From NCBI GenBank assembly GCA_902607475.1, contig CACLKH010000002.1, positions 20,872 to 84,871 on the forward strand: a stretch of 64,000 nucleotides of DNA, written 5' to 3'. Both the position numbers and the translations under genes were made by a program. Origin of the DNA: an uncultured Alphaproteobacteria bacterium. GTDB taxonomy: Bacteria; Pseudomonadota; Alphaproteobacteria; GCA-002720895. Below are positions 55,702 to 64,000 of this stretch, piece after piece. The notes under the pieces are model-generated. The model saw only the letters and a program-made list of their open reading frames with translations, did not search any database and was not told the DNA's origin. Within the stretch, counting starts at the first letter, position 1, and every line of letters starts with the position of its first letter.

Positions 55702-58473
55702 CTATTTATAACTTATAGATGGTTTTTGTATTTTTTCCATTTTTGCGGCGCAATATTTAAATTCTGGAATTTTTCCAAATGGATCCAATTTTGGATTTGT
55801 TAATACATTGGCTGGTGCCTCTTTAAAAGTAAAAGGAAAAAATATAACATTGTTTGGTACATTTCTATCAAATCTTACTTTTACTTCAACCTTTCCTCTT
55901 CTAGTTGCTATTTTAACTTTGTCTCCTGCTTCTATTCCTTGTTTTTTTAATTGTTTTGGATTGAAATGTGCAGTAGCTACTGGCTCAATAGAATCTAAAA
56001 CCTTTGATCTTCTTGTCATAGAACCTGTATGCCAGTGTTCAAGCAATCTTCCAGTCATTAAAATCATTGGAAATTTAACATCTGGGACTTCGTCTGGAGG
56101 TGTAAGTTCGGTTGGAACGATTTTACCTCTTTTATTTTTTGTATCAAAACCATTTGAAAAAATTACCTCTTCCCCTGGTTTGTTTAAATCTTTCACAGGA
56201 TACACAACTGAACTTTCTTTTTCTAATCTTTCCCATGTTAGACCTTTAATCGATGGCATTGTTTCTGCCATTTCAGGAAATACATCTTTCGGATGTTTAT
56301 AATTCCACTTTAATCCTAATCTTTTACCAATTTCATTTATAATCCACAAATCTTGTTTTGTATTTCCAGGAAGAGGTAAGGCTTGTCTACCCATTTGCAC
56401 TTGTCTATTTGTATTAGTAAAACTTCCATTTTTTTCTGGAGCTGCTGAGCTTGGTAAAATAACGTCTGCAAATGTTGCAGTTTCAGTTAAAAACAAATCT
56501 TGTACTACTAAATGTTTTAAATTTGCAAGACCTTTTCTAGCTTCTTGTGTATCAGGATCCGACATTGCTGGATTTTCACCCATTATGTACATTCCTTTTA
56601 TTGATCCATTAATCATACCATGCATTATTTCAACAACAGTTTGTCCAGGTTCTGGATCTAAATTAGATTTCCAAAGTTTTTCTAATTTTTTTCTATTTTT
56701 ATCTTCCTCAACAGGAAAATAGTCTGGAAAAACCATTGGAATTAAACCAGCATCAGAGGCACCTTGAACATTATTTTGTCCACGAAGAGGGTGTAGGCCT
56801 GTTCCTGGTCTCCCAATTTGTCCACACATTAAAGACAAAGCAATTAATGCTCTAGCATTATCAGTTCCATGGACATGTTGGGAAATTCCCATTCCCCAAA
56901 AAATAATTGCTGATTTTGCTTTAGCATAAGTTCTTGCTACTGTTTTAATAGTTTCAACTTTTACACCTGTAATTTTTTCCATTTTTTCAGGTGGGAATTT
57001 TTTAATCTTATTTTTTAAATCTTTAAAACCTTCAGTGAACCCTTTTATATATTGTTGATCGTAAAGTTTTTCTTTAACAATTACATTCATTATAGAATTT
57101 AATAGAGCAACATCAGTACCAGGTCTAAAATTTAAACTTTCAAATGCATATTTATTTAAAGAACTTTTTCTTGGATCTATAACAATTAATTTAGAACCAT
57201 TCTTTGCAGCATTTTTAAAAAAAGTTGCAGCAACAGGATGATTTTCTGTTGGATTTGCACCAATTACAATAATTACTTCTGAATTCTCACAATCATAAAA
57301 AGGATTACTCACAGCACCTGATCCAATAGTTTCTAAAAGCGCAACAACAGATGATGCGTGACATAACCTTGTGCAATGATCAACATTATTAGTTCCAAAA
57401 CCTGTCCTTACTAATTTTTGAAATAAATACGCTTCTTCATTAGATCCTTTAGCTGATCCAAAACCAGCAAGAGAATTACCACCATGAAAATCACGAACTT
57501 TTTTTAGTCCATTTGCTGCACAATCTAGAGCTTCTTTCCAAGAAGCTTTTCTAAAATATTTTAAAGGATTTTTTGGATCAAAAATTTTAGTCGGATCTTT
57601 TTTAATGTTTGGTTTTCTTATAAGAGGTTCTTTTAATCTTTCAGGATTAGTAATATAGTCATATCCAAACCTACCTTTTACACACAATCTATTATGATTA
57701 GAAGGTCCATCTTTTCCATCTATCCAAGCTATTTTATCATTTTTGATATTATATTCTACTTGGCAACCAACACCGCAATAAGGACAAAGTGATTCAATTT
57801 TTTTATCTACTTTTGTATCTGAAATATGTTTTTCATTCATAACTGAAGCCGGCATTAATGCGCCAGTCGGACAAGCCTGTACACACTCCCCACATGCAAC
57901 GCAAGTACTATCGCCCATTGGATCATCAAAATCAAAAACAATTTTTGCATTAGATCCTCTGTTTGCCATTCCTATAACATCATTAACTTGTACCTCTCTA
58001 CAAGCTCTGACGCAAAGATTGCAATGAATACATGCATCTAAATTAACTTCCATAGCACTATGACTTATATCTGGTTTTGGTAGATATTCTTTTTTTGGAA
58101 ATCTACTATTATTAACTCCTAATTTATTTGACCATTGCCAAAATTTTGAATTTTTATCTCGAGCAACACTTCTTTTCGGTTGATCAGCTACAAGTAATTC
58201 AAATACCAATTTTTGAGATGTTTTAGCTCTGTTGGATTTAGTATTAACTTTCATTCCTTCAGTTGGTTTTCTTATACATGAAGCAACTAAAGTTCTTTCA
58301 CCATCAACTTCAACCATACAAGCTCTACAATTTCCATCTGGTCTGTAACCTGGCTTGGGCTCATAACAAAGATGAGGTATATTATCTCCGTGTCGCTTAG
58401 CTACTTGCCAAATTGTTTCACCTTTTTTTGCTGTTACTTTTTTACTATTTAATATGAAACTAATGTCTTTCAT
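55702..58473 (-). CDS. fdsA: NAD-dependent formate dehydrogenase alpha (catalytic Mo/W-bisPGD) subunit, Cys type
   Basis: 923 aa. N-terminal 2Fe-2S (CRACMVEV) and two 4Fe-4S ferredoxin motifs (CIHCNLCVRAC, CVACGECVQACP). CPYCGVGC MopB cluster. Active-site region HCTRLCHASSV has Cys, with no in-frame TGA. Confidence 0.93.
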   Translation of the reverse strand: MKDISFILNSKKVTAKKGETIWQVAKRHGDNIPHLCYEPKPGYRPDGNCRACMVEVDGERTLVASCIRKPTEGMKVNTKSNRAKTSQKLVFELLVADQPKRSVARDKNSKFWQWSNKLGVNNSRFPKKEYLPKPDISHSAMEVNLDACIHCNLCVRACREVQVNDVIGMANRGSNAKIVFDFDDPMGDSTCVACGECVQACPTGALMPASVMNEKHISDTKVDKKIESLCPYCGVGCQVEYNIKNDKIAWIDGKDGPSNHNRLCVKGRFGYDYITNPERLKEPLIRKPNIKKDPTKIFDPKNPLKYFRKASWKEALDCAANGLKKVRDFHGGNSLAGFGSAKGSNEEAYLFQKLVRTGFGTNNVDHCTRLCHASSVVALLETIGSGAVSNPFYDCENSEVIIVIGANPTENHPVAATFFKNAAKNGSKLIVIDPRKSSLNKYAFESLNFRPGTDVALLNSIMNVIVKEKLYDQQYIKGFTEGFKDLKNKIKKFPPEKMEKITGVKVETIKTVARTYAKAKSAIIFWGMGISQHVHGTDNARALIALSLMCGQIGRPGTGLHPLRGQNNVQGASDAGLIPMVFPDYFPVEEDKNRKKLEKLWKSNLDPEPGQTVVEIMHGMINGSIKGMYIMGENPAMSDPDTQEARKGLANLKHLVVQDLFLTETATFADVILPSSAAPEKNGSFTNTNRQVQMGRQALPLPGNTKQDLWIINEIGKRLGLKWNYKHPKDVFPEMAETMPSIKGLTWERLEKESSVVYPVKDLNKPGEEVIFSNGFDTKNKRGKIVPTELTPPDEVPDVKFPMILMTGRLLEHWHTGSMTRRSKVLDSIEPVATAHFNPKQLKKQGIEAGDKVKIATRRGKVEVKVRFDRNVPNNVIFFPFTFKEAPANVLTNPKLDPFGKIPEFKYCAAKMEKIQKPSISYK

Positions 58474-58481
58474 TTTCTTTA

Positions 58482-60179
58482 TTAATTTATATCATTTTGA
58501 AAATATTTTAATACACAATTTACTGGATTAGGAGCGGCTTGCCCTAGACCACAAATTGATGAATCTATCATAACTTTGCTTAAATCGTCTAAAAGTTTTT
58601 TATCCCATTTTTTATTTTCTAATAATTTCACTGCTTTTTCTGTCCCAACTCTGCATGGCGTACATTGACCGCAACTTTCATCCTCGAAAAATTTTAGCAA
58701 ATTAATTGCAATATCTTTCATACTGTCTTGATTTGAAAAAATTACAATTGCAGCTGATCCAACAAAGCATCCCTTTTTATCTAATTCTTTACCAAAATCA
58801 AGAGGAATATCGGCCAATGAGGCAGGCAAAATACCACCCGAAGCACCGCCTGGCAAATAACCTTTAAATACTTGACCTTTTTGCATACCACCGCAATGCT
58901 TATCAATTAATTCTTGGACTGTAATTCCTGCCGGAGCTTTTTTTACTCCTGGATCATTAATTCTTCCTGATACTGAATAAAATCTAAATCCTGATCCACC
59001 ATTTTTACCAAAATTTGAGAACCATTTTGCTCCTTTTTCTAAAATATCTCTTATCCAAAAAAGCGTTTCGACACAATTACATAACGTCGGTCTTCCAAAC
59101 AATCCTTCTTGTACTGGAAATGGCGGTTTATGTCTTGGATACCCTCTTTTTCCTTCAATGCTTTCAAGCATTGCTGATTCTTCACCACAAATATAAGCTC
59201 CAGCGCCTCTTCGAATAATTAATTTACAATGGTTTGTTAAACCTTCTTTTTCAATTTTTTCTATTTCTGTTTTAAGGATTTTGTTAATAAAAGGATATTC
59301 ATCTCTTAAATAAATATAACAAACTTCTGCTTCCACAACCCAAGCAGCAATTAGCGCACCCTCAAGCAAACGATGAGGATCTGTTTCCATACAAAATCTA
59401 TCTTTAAAGGTTCCTGGCTCACCTTCATCTGCATTAACAGCCATCAATCTTGGAGCTGGCTCTTTTCTGGTTAATTTCCATTTTAGACCAGTTGGAAAAC
59501 CTGCACCACCAAGACCTTTGAGATTTGAATCTTCAATTATTTTAATAATTTGATTGGGGTTAATTTTATTTGATAAACATTTTTTTAGAAAATTATAACC
59601 ACCATTTTTTCTATAAGTATTAAAATCTACATATTTGTTAATTTTTGGAGAAAAATCTTTTTTATTAATTATTTCTTCAACTTTTTTTTCATCTGCATAG
59701 TCTACATGTCTATGACCAATTTCTAAAACAGGAGCAGTATCACATCTGCCCATACATGGTGCATTTACAACTCTAATATTTTTGTATTTTTTTTTTAAAT
59801 TACTTAAGAGTTTTTTTGCACCCATCATTTCACATGTGACTGTATCACATACTCTAATTGTTATATCAGCTGGTTTTTCATCATTATCAATAATGTCAAA
59901 ATGAGCATAAAATGAAGCAACTTCGTATACCTCAGCCAAAGGCATTTGCATTATTGTTGCTAGCGCCGTTAAGTGTTTAGCGTGAAGACATTTAAACTTA
60001 TCTTGTATAAGATGCAAGTTTTCAATAAGCATATCTCGAGCTTTTGATTTGTTTTTAAGTAGTAAGATTATTTCTTGTTCTGCATCTTCATCAACAATCC
60101 TACCTTTAGGAAAGAAAACTTTTTTTTCCTTTTTCCTACCTAAATCACCGTTTCCTAATATTTTAATTTTGTTACTCAT
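58482..60179 (-). CDS. fdsB: NAD-dependent formate dehydrogenase beta subunit (NuoF-like) with a fused NuoE/FdsG-like N-terminal domain
   Basis: 565 aa. N-terminal thioredoxin-like 2Fe-2S domain (CDTVTCEMMG..CMGRCDTAP). NADH/FMN site GLGGAGFPTG, EGEPG. C-terminal ESCGQCTPCR 4Fe-4S motif. Confidence 0.88.
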   Translation of the reverse strand: MSNKIKILGNGDLGRKKEKKVFFPKGRIVDEDAEQEIILLLKNKSKARDMLIENLHLIQDKFKCLHAKHLTALATIMQMPLAEVYEVASFYAHFDIIDNDEKPADITIRVCDTVTCEMMGAKKLLSNLKKKYKNIRVVNAPCMGRCDTAPVLEIGHRHVDYADEKKVEEIINKKDFSPKINKYVDFNTYRKNGGYNFLKKCLSNKINPNQIIKIIEDSNLKGLGGAGFPTGLKWKLTRKEPAPRLMAVNADEGEPGTFKDRFCMETDPHRLLEGALIAAWVVEAEVCYIYLRDEYPFINKILKTEIEKIEKEGLTNHCKLIIRRGAGAYICGEESAMLESIEGKRGYPRHKPPFPVQEGLFGRPTLCNCVETLFWIRDILEKGAKWFSNFGKNGGSGFRFYSVSGRINDPGVKKAPAGITVQELIDKHCGGMQKGQVFKGYLPGGASGGILPASLADIPLDFGKELDKKGCFVGSAAIVIFSNQDSMKDIAINLLKFFEDESCGQCTPCRVGTEKAVKLLENKKWDKKLLDDLSKVMIDSSICGLGQAAPNPVNCVLKYFQNDIN

Positions 60180-60232
60180 AGATAAAAAAAATAGCTCCTA
60201 ATAATTACATAACGTTTAAAAAAAAAAAACAA

Positions 60233-60409
60233 TTATAATTCATTTTTTATAATTTCCAGTTCAATTTCTTTACCATTTATAGTTTTTTTTCCAGCATTTT
60301 CAAAATTAACAGTAATAATATCGCCTATTTTTGACTGTACTTGTCCTATTCCCCAATCTTTTTTTTTGGGATGATTAACAAAAATTCCTGGTATTATTAA
60401 ATCGTTCAT
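60233..60409 (-). CDS. Small DUF3553-like protein (58 aa), not in the supplied ORF track
   Basis: Hand translation: MNDLIIPGIFVNHPKKKDWGIGQVQSKIGDIITVNFENAGKKTINGKEIELEIIKNEL. The WGIGQVQS..TVNFE.AGK pattern matches my memory of DUF3553. It fills an otherwise empty gap. Confidence 0.6.
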   Translation of the reverse strand: MNDLIIPGIFVNHPKKKDWGIGQVQSKIGDIITVNFENAGKKTINGKEIELEIIKNEL

Positions 60410-60495
60410 ATATTTATTATCAATTTTTTTATTTTTTTTGTTGAGTTTTTATTTAATATGAATATATTTTTCATCTTAATATATGAATAAATATT

Positions 60496-60915
60496 ATGGT
60501 TAAAAAAAAGAATATTTCTTCAAAATATAAACCTACCGCAAAAGAGCCATTTATGAACCCAAAACAAAAACAGTATTTTAAACAAATACTTACCAATTGG
60601 AAAGAAACACTTTTAAAGGGTTCAACTGAAACTATTTTAAATTTAAAAGAAGATAAAGAGGTTTCAGGTGATTTTGCCGATATTGCCTCGGCTGAAAGTA
60701 CAAAGTCTATTGAACTCCGTACTAGAGATAGAGAAAGAAAGCTTATTAGTAAGATCGATGAAGCTTTAAAGCGTATTGAAAATAATACATATGGTTATTG
60801 TGAAGTAACTGGAAAACCTATTGGTTTAAAAAGACTTGAAGCAAGACCCATCGCTACATTAAGTATAGAAGCGCAACAAATGCACGAAAACCAAGAACAG
60901 CTTAATAATGATTAA
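60496..60915 (+). CDS. dksA: RNA polymerase-binding transcription factor DksA
   Basis: 139 aa. Coiled-coil with the acidic tip (SGDFADIAS), a C-terminal YGYCE..G..I...RLEARP region. Confidence 0.9.
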   Translation: MVKKKNISSKYKPTAKEPFMNPKQKQYFKQILTNWKETLLKGSTETILNLKEDKEVSGDFADIASAESTKSIELRTRDRERKLISKIDEALKRIENNTYGYCEVTGKPIGLKRLEARPIATLSIEAQQMHENQEQLNND

Positions 60916-60992
60916 ATCTCTATAAAACTATATTTCTGATTCGTTTTATATATTAGTTTGTTTTTTATTACTATATTATTTGTTTTTTTTAC

Positions 60993-61020
60993 TTGAATAA
61001 AAGAACAAAAGTAGTACATT
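60993..61020 (+). promoter_or_regulatory. Candidate recA promoter (TTGAAT-16 nt-TACATT) with an overlapping GAAC-N7-GTAC element
   Basis: TTGAAT at 60993..60998 and TACATT at 61015..61020. GAACAAAAGTAGTAC at 61003..61017 is one mismatch from the alphaproteobacterial SOS box GAAC-N7-GAAC. AT-rich background makes chance matches likely. Confidence 0.25.
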
Positions 61021-61063
61021 TATAACTATACTTTTTTTATTTATTTTATTGGAGGATATTAAA

Positions 61064-62179
61064 ATGAAAAAACCTATTTTAAAAACAGTAAGCTCTACTA
61101 TGCAAGAGAGTCAAAAAGTAAAAAAAATTAAAGACGAATCTTTAAATACTGCAATTTCACAAATTGAACAAAGTTATGGAAAAGGTTCAATTATGAAATT
61201 AGGTGACGACAAAAAGAATGTAGATGTAGATGTTATTTCTACAGGATCTATTGGTTTAGATATAGCATTAGGTATAGGTGGGTTACCAAGAGGTAGAATA
61301 ATTGAAATTTATGGTCCAGAAAGTTCTGGTAAAACAACCCTAGCAATACACGCTATTGCTGAATGTCAAAAAACAGGGGGTACTTCTGCTTTTATAGATG
61401 CAGAACACTGTCTAGACCCTTCTTATGCAAAAAAACTTGGAGTAGATATAGATAGCTTATTAATTTCACAACCTGATTCAGGCGAGCAAGCTTTAGAAAT
61501 AGCAGAAACATTAGTTAGATCTAATGCAGTTGATATTTTGGTTATAGATAGTGTTGCAGCACTAGTACCAAAAGCTGAAATAGAAGGTGATATGGGAGAC
61601 TCACACATGGGTTTACAAGCTAGATTGATGAGTCAAGCTTTAAGAAAAGTTACCTCATGTATTTCTAGATCAAATTGTATTGTAATATTTATTAACCAAA
61701 TAAGAATGAAAATTGGAGTTATGTTTGGTAATCCCGAGACAACGACAGGTGGTAATGCACTTAAATTTTATTCTTCAGTTCGTTTGGATATTAGAAGAAT
61801 TGGAGCAATTAAAGACAAAGAAGAAATAATTGGCAACCATACTAGAGTAAAGGTTGTTAAAAATAAACTCGCACCTCCTTTTAGAATGGTTGAGTTTGAT
61901 ATTATGTATGGAAAGGGAATTTCTAAACTTGGCGAATTGATTGATTTAGGTTCTGAGGCAGGAGTAATTGAAAAATCCGGCACTTGGTATTCTTATAAAG
62001 GAGAAAAAATAGGTCAAGGTAGAGTAAATGCAAAACAATTTCTTGCTGAAAGAAAAGATTTAGCATCAGGTATATACAGATCAATTATGGAAGCAAGTGG
62101 TATAGTAAAAGAGAAAATGATGGAAGGAAAAGAAGAAAAAAAAACAATTTCTGAAGATCCCATTAAAGAACCACAATAA
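61064..62179 (+). CDS. recA: Recombinase RecA
   Basis: [11 protein letters not shown] Walker A, IDAEHALD-type motif and [29 protein letters not shown] prefer the ATG at 61064, preceded by GGAGG at 61051..61055, over the track's TTG at 61049. Confidence 0.97.
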   Translation: MKKPILKTVSSTMQESQKVKKIKDESLNTAISQIEQSYGKGSIMKLGDDKKNVDVDVISTGSIGLDIALGIGGLPRGRIIEIYGPESSGKTTLAIHAIAECQKTGGTSAFIDAEHCLDPSYAKKLGVDIDSLLISQPDSGEQALEIAETLVRSNAVDILVIDSVAALVPKAEIEGDMGDSHMGLQARLMSQALRKVTSCISRSNCIVIFINQIRMKIGVMFGNPETTTGGNALKFYSSVRLDIRRIGAIKDKEEIIGNHTRVKVVKNKLAPPFRMVEFDIMYGKGISKLGELIDLGSEAGVIEKSGTWYSYKGEKIGQGRVNAKQFLAERKDLASGIYRSIMEASGIVKEKMMEGKEEKKTISEDPIKEPQ

Positions 62180-62236
62180 ATGAAATAATTTTTTATTGCT
62201 AATTAAATTTGCTTGGTACATTCTTAAATATAAGTT

Positions 62237-64000
62237 ATGTATCCAAGCATTTTAATTAGAAAAAAGTTCCTAGATTACTTCAAAAAGAACAATCATCAGA
62301 TTGTTAATTCAAGCTCATTAATTCCTGAAAATGATCCTACCTTATTATTTACTAATGCTGGAATGGTTCAATTTAAAAATATTTTAACAGGAGTCGAGGA
62401 AAGTAACCTAAAAAGAGTTGCAACTTCACAAAAGTGTATCCGTGCAGGTGGAAAACATAATGATCTTGATAATGTTGGTTACACCTTACGCCATCATACT
62501 TTTTTTGAAATGTTAGGAAATTTCTCATTCGGAGATTATTTCAAAGAAGAAGCGATTTTTTATGCATGGGAATTATTAACAAAAGAATTTGAAGTTGATA
62601 AAAAAAAATTGTTAATTACTTTTTTTTCAGAAGATTCTGTTACAGGAAATATATGGAAAAAAATTACAGGTTTTGGAAAAGATAAAATAATTTCTGTGAA
62701 ATCTAAAGATAATTTTTGGTCGATGGGTGAAATTGGGCCATGTGGTCCATGTACAGAAATATTTTATGATTATGGTGAAAAATTTAACGGATCAGTTTCA
62801 AGAAAAGGAATTACAGGCGATAGATATGTTGAAATATGGAATCTTGTATTTATGGAGTTTAATCAAATTGAGAAAAATAAAAGAATAAATTTACTAAAAA
62901 AAAGCGTAGACACAGGAATGGGTCTTGAGAGAATATCGGCATTATTACAAAATACTAATGATAATTATCAAACAGATATATTTAAAGAAACGATTAATTT
63001 AATTACAAAATTATCTAAGTCAGAAAATAAAAATAGTGAAAATCTTAGTGAAAGAATAATAGCTGATCATATTAGAGCATCGTGCCATTTAATTTCTGAT
63101 GGAGTTTTGCCCTCTAATGAAGGAAGAGGTTATGTTCTTAGAAGAATAATGAGAAGAGGAATGCGACATGCGCATATTCTTGGTTGTTCTGAGCCAGTAT
63201 TTTATAAGTTAGCTCCATTAATAATCAATGAAATGGGAGATATTTTTCCTGAATTAAAGAGAGCTGAAACTTTAATTATAGAAACATTAAAAAATGAAGA
63301 GAATAGATTTAAACAAACTATAGATAGAGGTTTAAAAATTTTAAACGATGAGATAAAAAAAACAAAAAATAAAAAGTTATCTGGAAATACAGCGTTTCTT
63401 TTATATGACACCTATGGTTTTCCTTTGGATCTAACTCAAGATATTTTAAAAGATTTAAATATATCAGTTGATTTAAAAACATTTGAAAAAAAAAATGGAC
63501 GAACAAAGAAAGAAAGCAAGACATGCATGGAAAGGATCTGGCGATGTTAAAACTGATAAATTGTGGTATGAAATTTTTGAAAAATACGGATCAACAGAGT
63601 TTGTTGGATACAAAAGTTTAAGAACTCAAGGATTAATAATTCAAATTATAAAAAATAATAAATCTATAAACAAAATAAAACAAAGTGACAAAGCAATAAT
63701 AGTTACAAATCAAACATCATTTTATGGTGAATCAGGAGGTCAAATTGGAGATACAGGAGTAATTAAATTTAATAACAATAAATTTAAAGTTTTAGATACA
63801 AAAAAAATTCTTAAGATGCATTTGCATTATGGAGAAGTTATAAAAGGTAAATTTAAAAAAAATGAAACGGTAAACCTAATTGTTGATAGTAAGAAAAGGC
63901 AAAGAGTTAAGATATATCATTCTGCAACTCATTTACTTCACGCATCATTAAGAAAAATATTAGGCACCAATGTTACACAAAAAGGCTCATTGGTTAGCTT
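62237..64000 (+). CDS. alaS: Alanine--tRNA ligase, interrupted by a 1-nt frameshift in an A10 run; 3' end runs off the window
   Basis: FTNAGMVQFK, RAGGKHNDLDNVG, WSMG..GPCGPC.EIF. The ORF ends aberrantly at 63550. The frame starting at ATG 63495 continues MDEQRKKARHAWKGSGD...HSATHLLHASLRKILG..VTQKGSLV with no stop to nt 64000. Confidence 0.93.

Noticed and set aside
57330-57380. A possible selenocysteine (in-frame TGA plus SECIS) in the formate dehydrogenase alpha subunit.
   Set aside because: The ORF is uninterrupted. The active-site position reads Cys (HCTRLCHASSV), so this is a Cys-type enzyme.
1-64000. CRISPR arrays, tandem repeats, insertion sequences, and the many poly-A/poly-T tracts (for example 14821..14870, 49511..49560, 50121..50145).
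   Set aside because: No regularly spaced direct repeats or terminal inverted repeats were seen. The A/T tracts mostly fall inside coding regions, where they encode Lys/Phe/Asn runs, or in tiny intergenic gaps. They reflect base composition rather than discrete elements.

Overview
This window is very AT-rich and extremely gene-dense: about 65 genes, almost no intergenic DNA, and many overlapping starts and stops. It looks like a streamlined marine alphaproteobacterium of the SAR11/Pelagibacterales type. That assignment is an inference from composition, gene packing and protein sequences, and I cannot verify it without a search.

Layout:
- 1-10.1 kb: housekeeping genes (cimA-like, SpoU methyltransferase, rpsD, grxD-bolA-purLQSCB, map, CinA-like).
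- 10.1-19.3 kb: envelope-glycan island 1, ending at tRNA-Leu(UAA).
- 19.5-29.7 kb: housekeeping genes (SemiSWEET, alkA-like, sugar dehydrogenase, rhomboid, sucCD, queF-tgt, nadK, moaA).
- 29.8-35.7 kb: tungstate-type ABC transporter, an orphan Mo/W-bisPGD oxidoreductase, fdhD and mobA.
- 35.7-55.7 kb: a 20 kb envelope-glycan island 2. It holds GT2s, large polytopic membrane proteins, SDR sugar-nucleotide enzymes, C- and O-methyltransferases and rmlCD.
- 55.7-64 kb: NAD-type formate dehydrogenase fdsBA, a DUF3553 mini-ORF, dksA, recA and alaS.

No transposase, integrase, phage gene, CRISPR array or rRNA was seen.

Most interesting observations:
- A membrane-anchored GT2 is fused to a radical-SAM/SPASM domain (45324-47375). 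A split, order-permuted paralogous pair sits in the other island (16457-18534).
- An Arn-like module combines a formyltransferase, a GT2, a deformylase-type enzyme and a polytopic transferase.
- Island 2 sits exactly between the formate-dehydrogenase maturation genes and the structural genes.
- Two inverted GT2 paralogs share a 47-nt perfect patch.
- Two homopolymer frameshifts occur, one in essential alaS and one at the C-terminus of a membrane glycosyltransferase-like gene.
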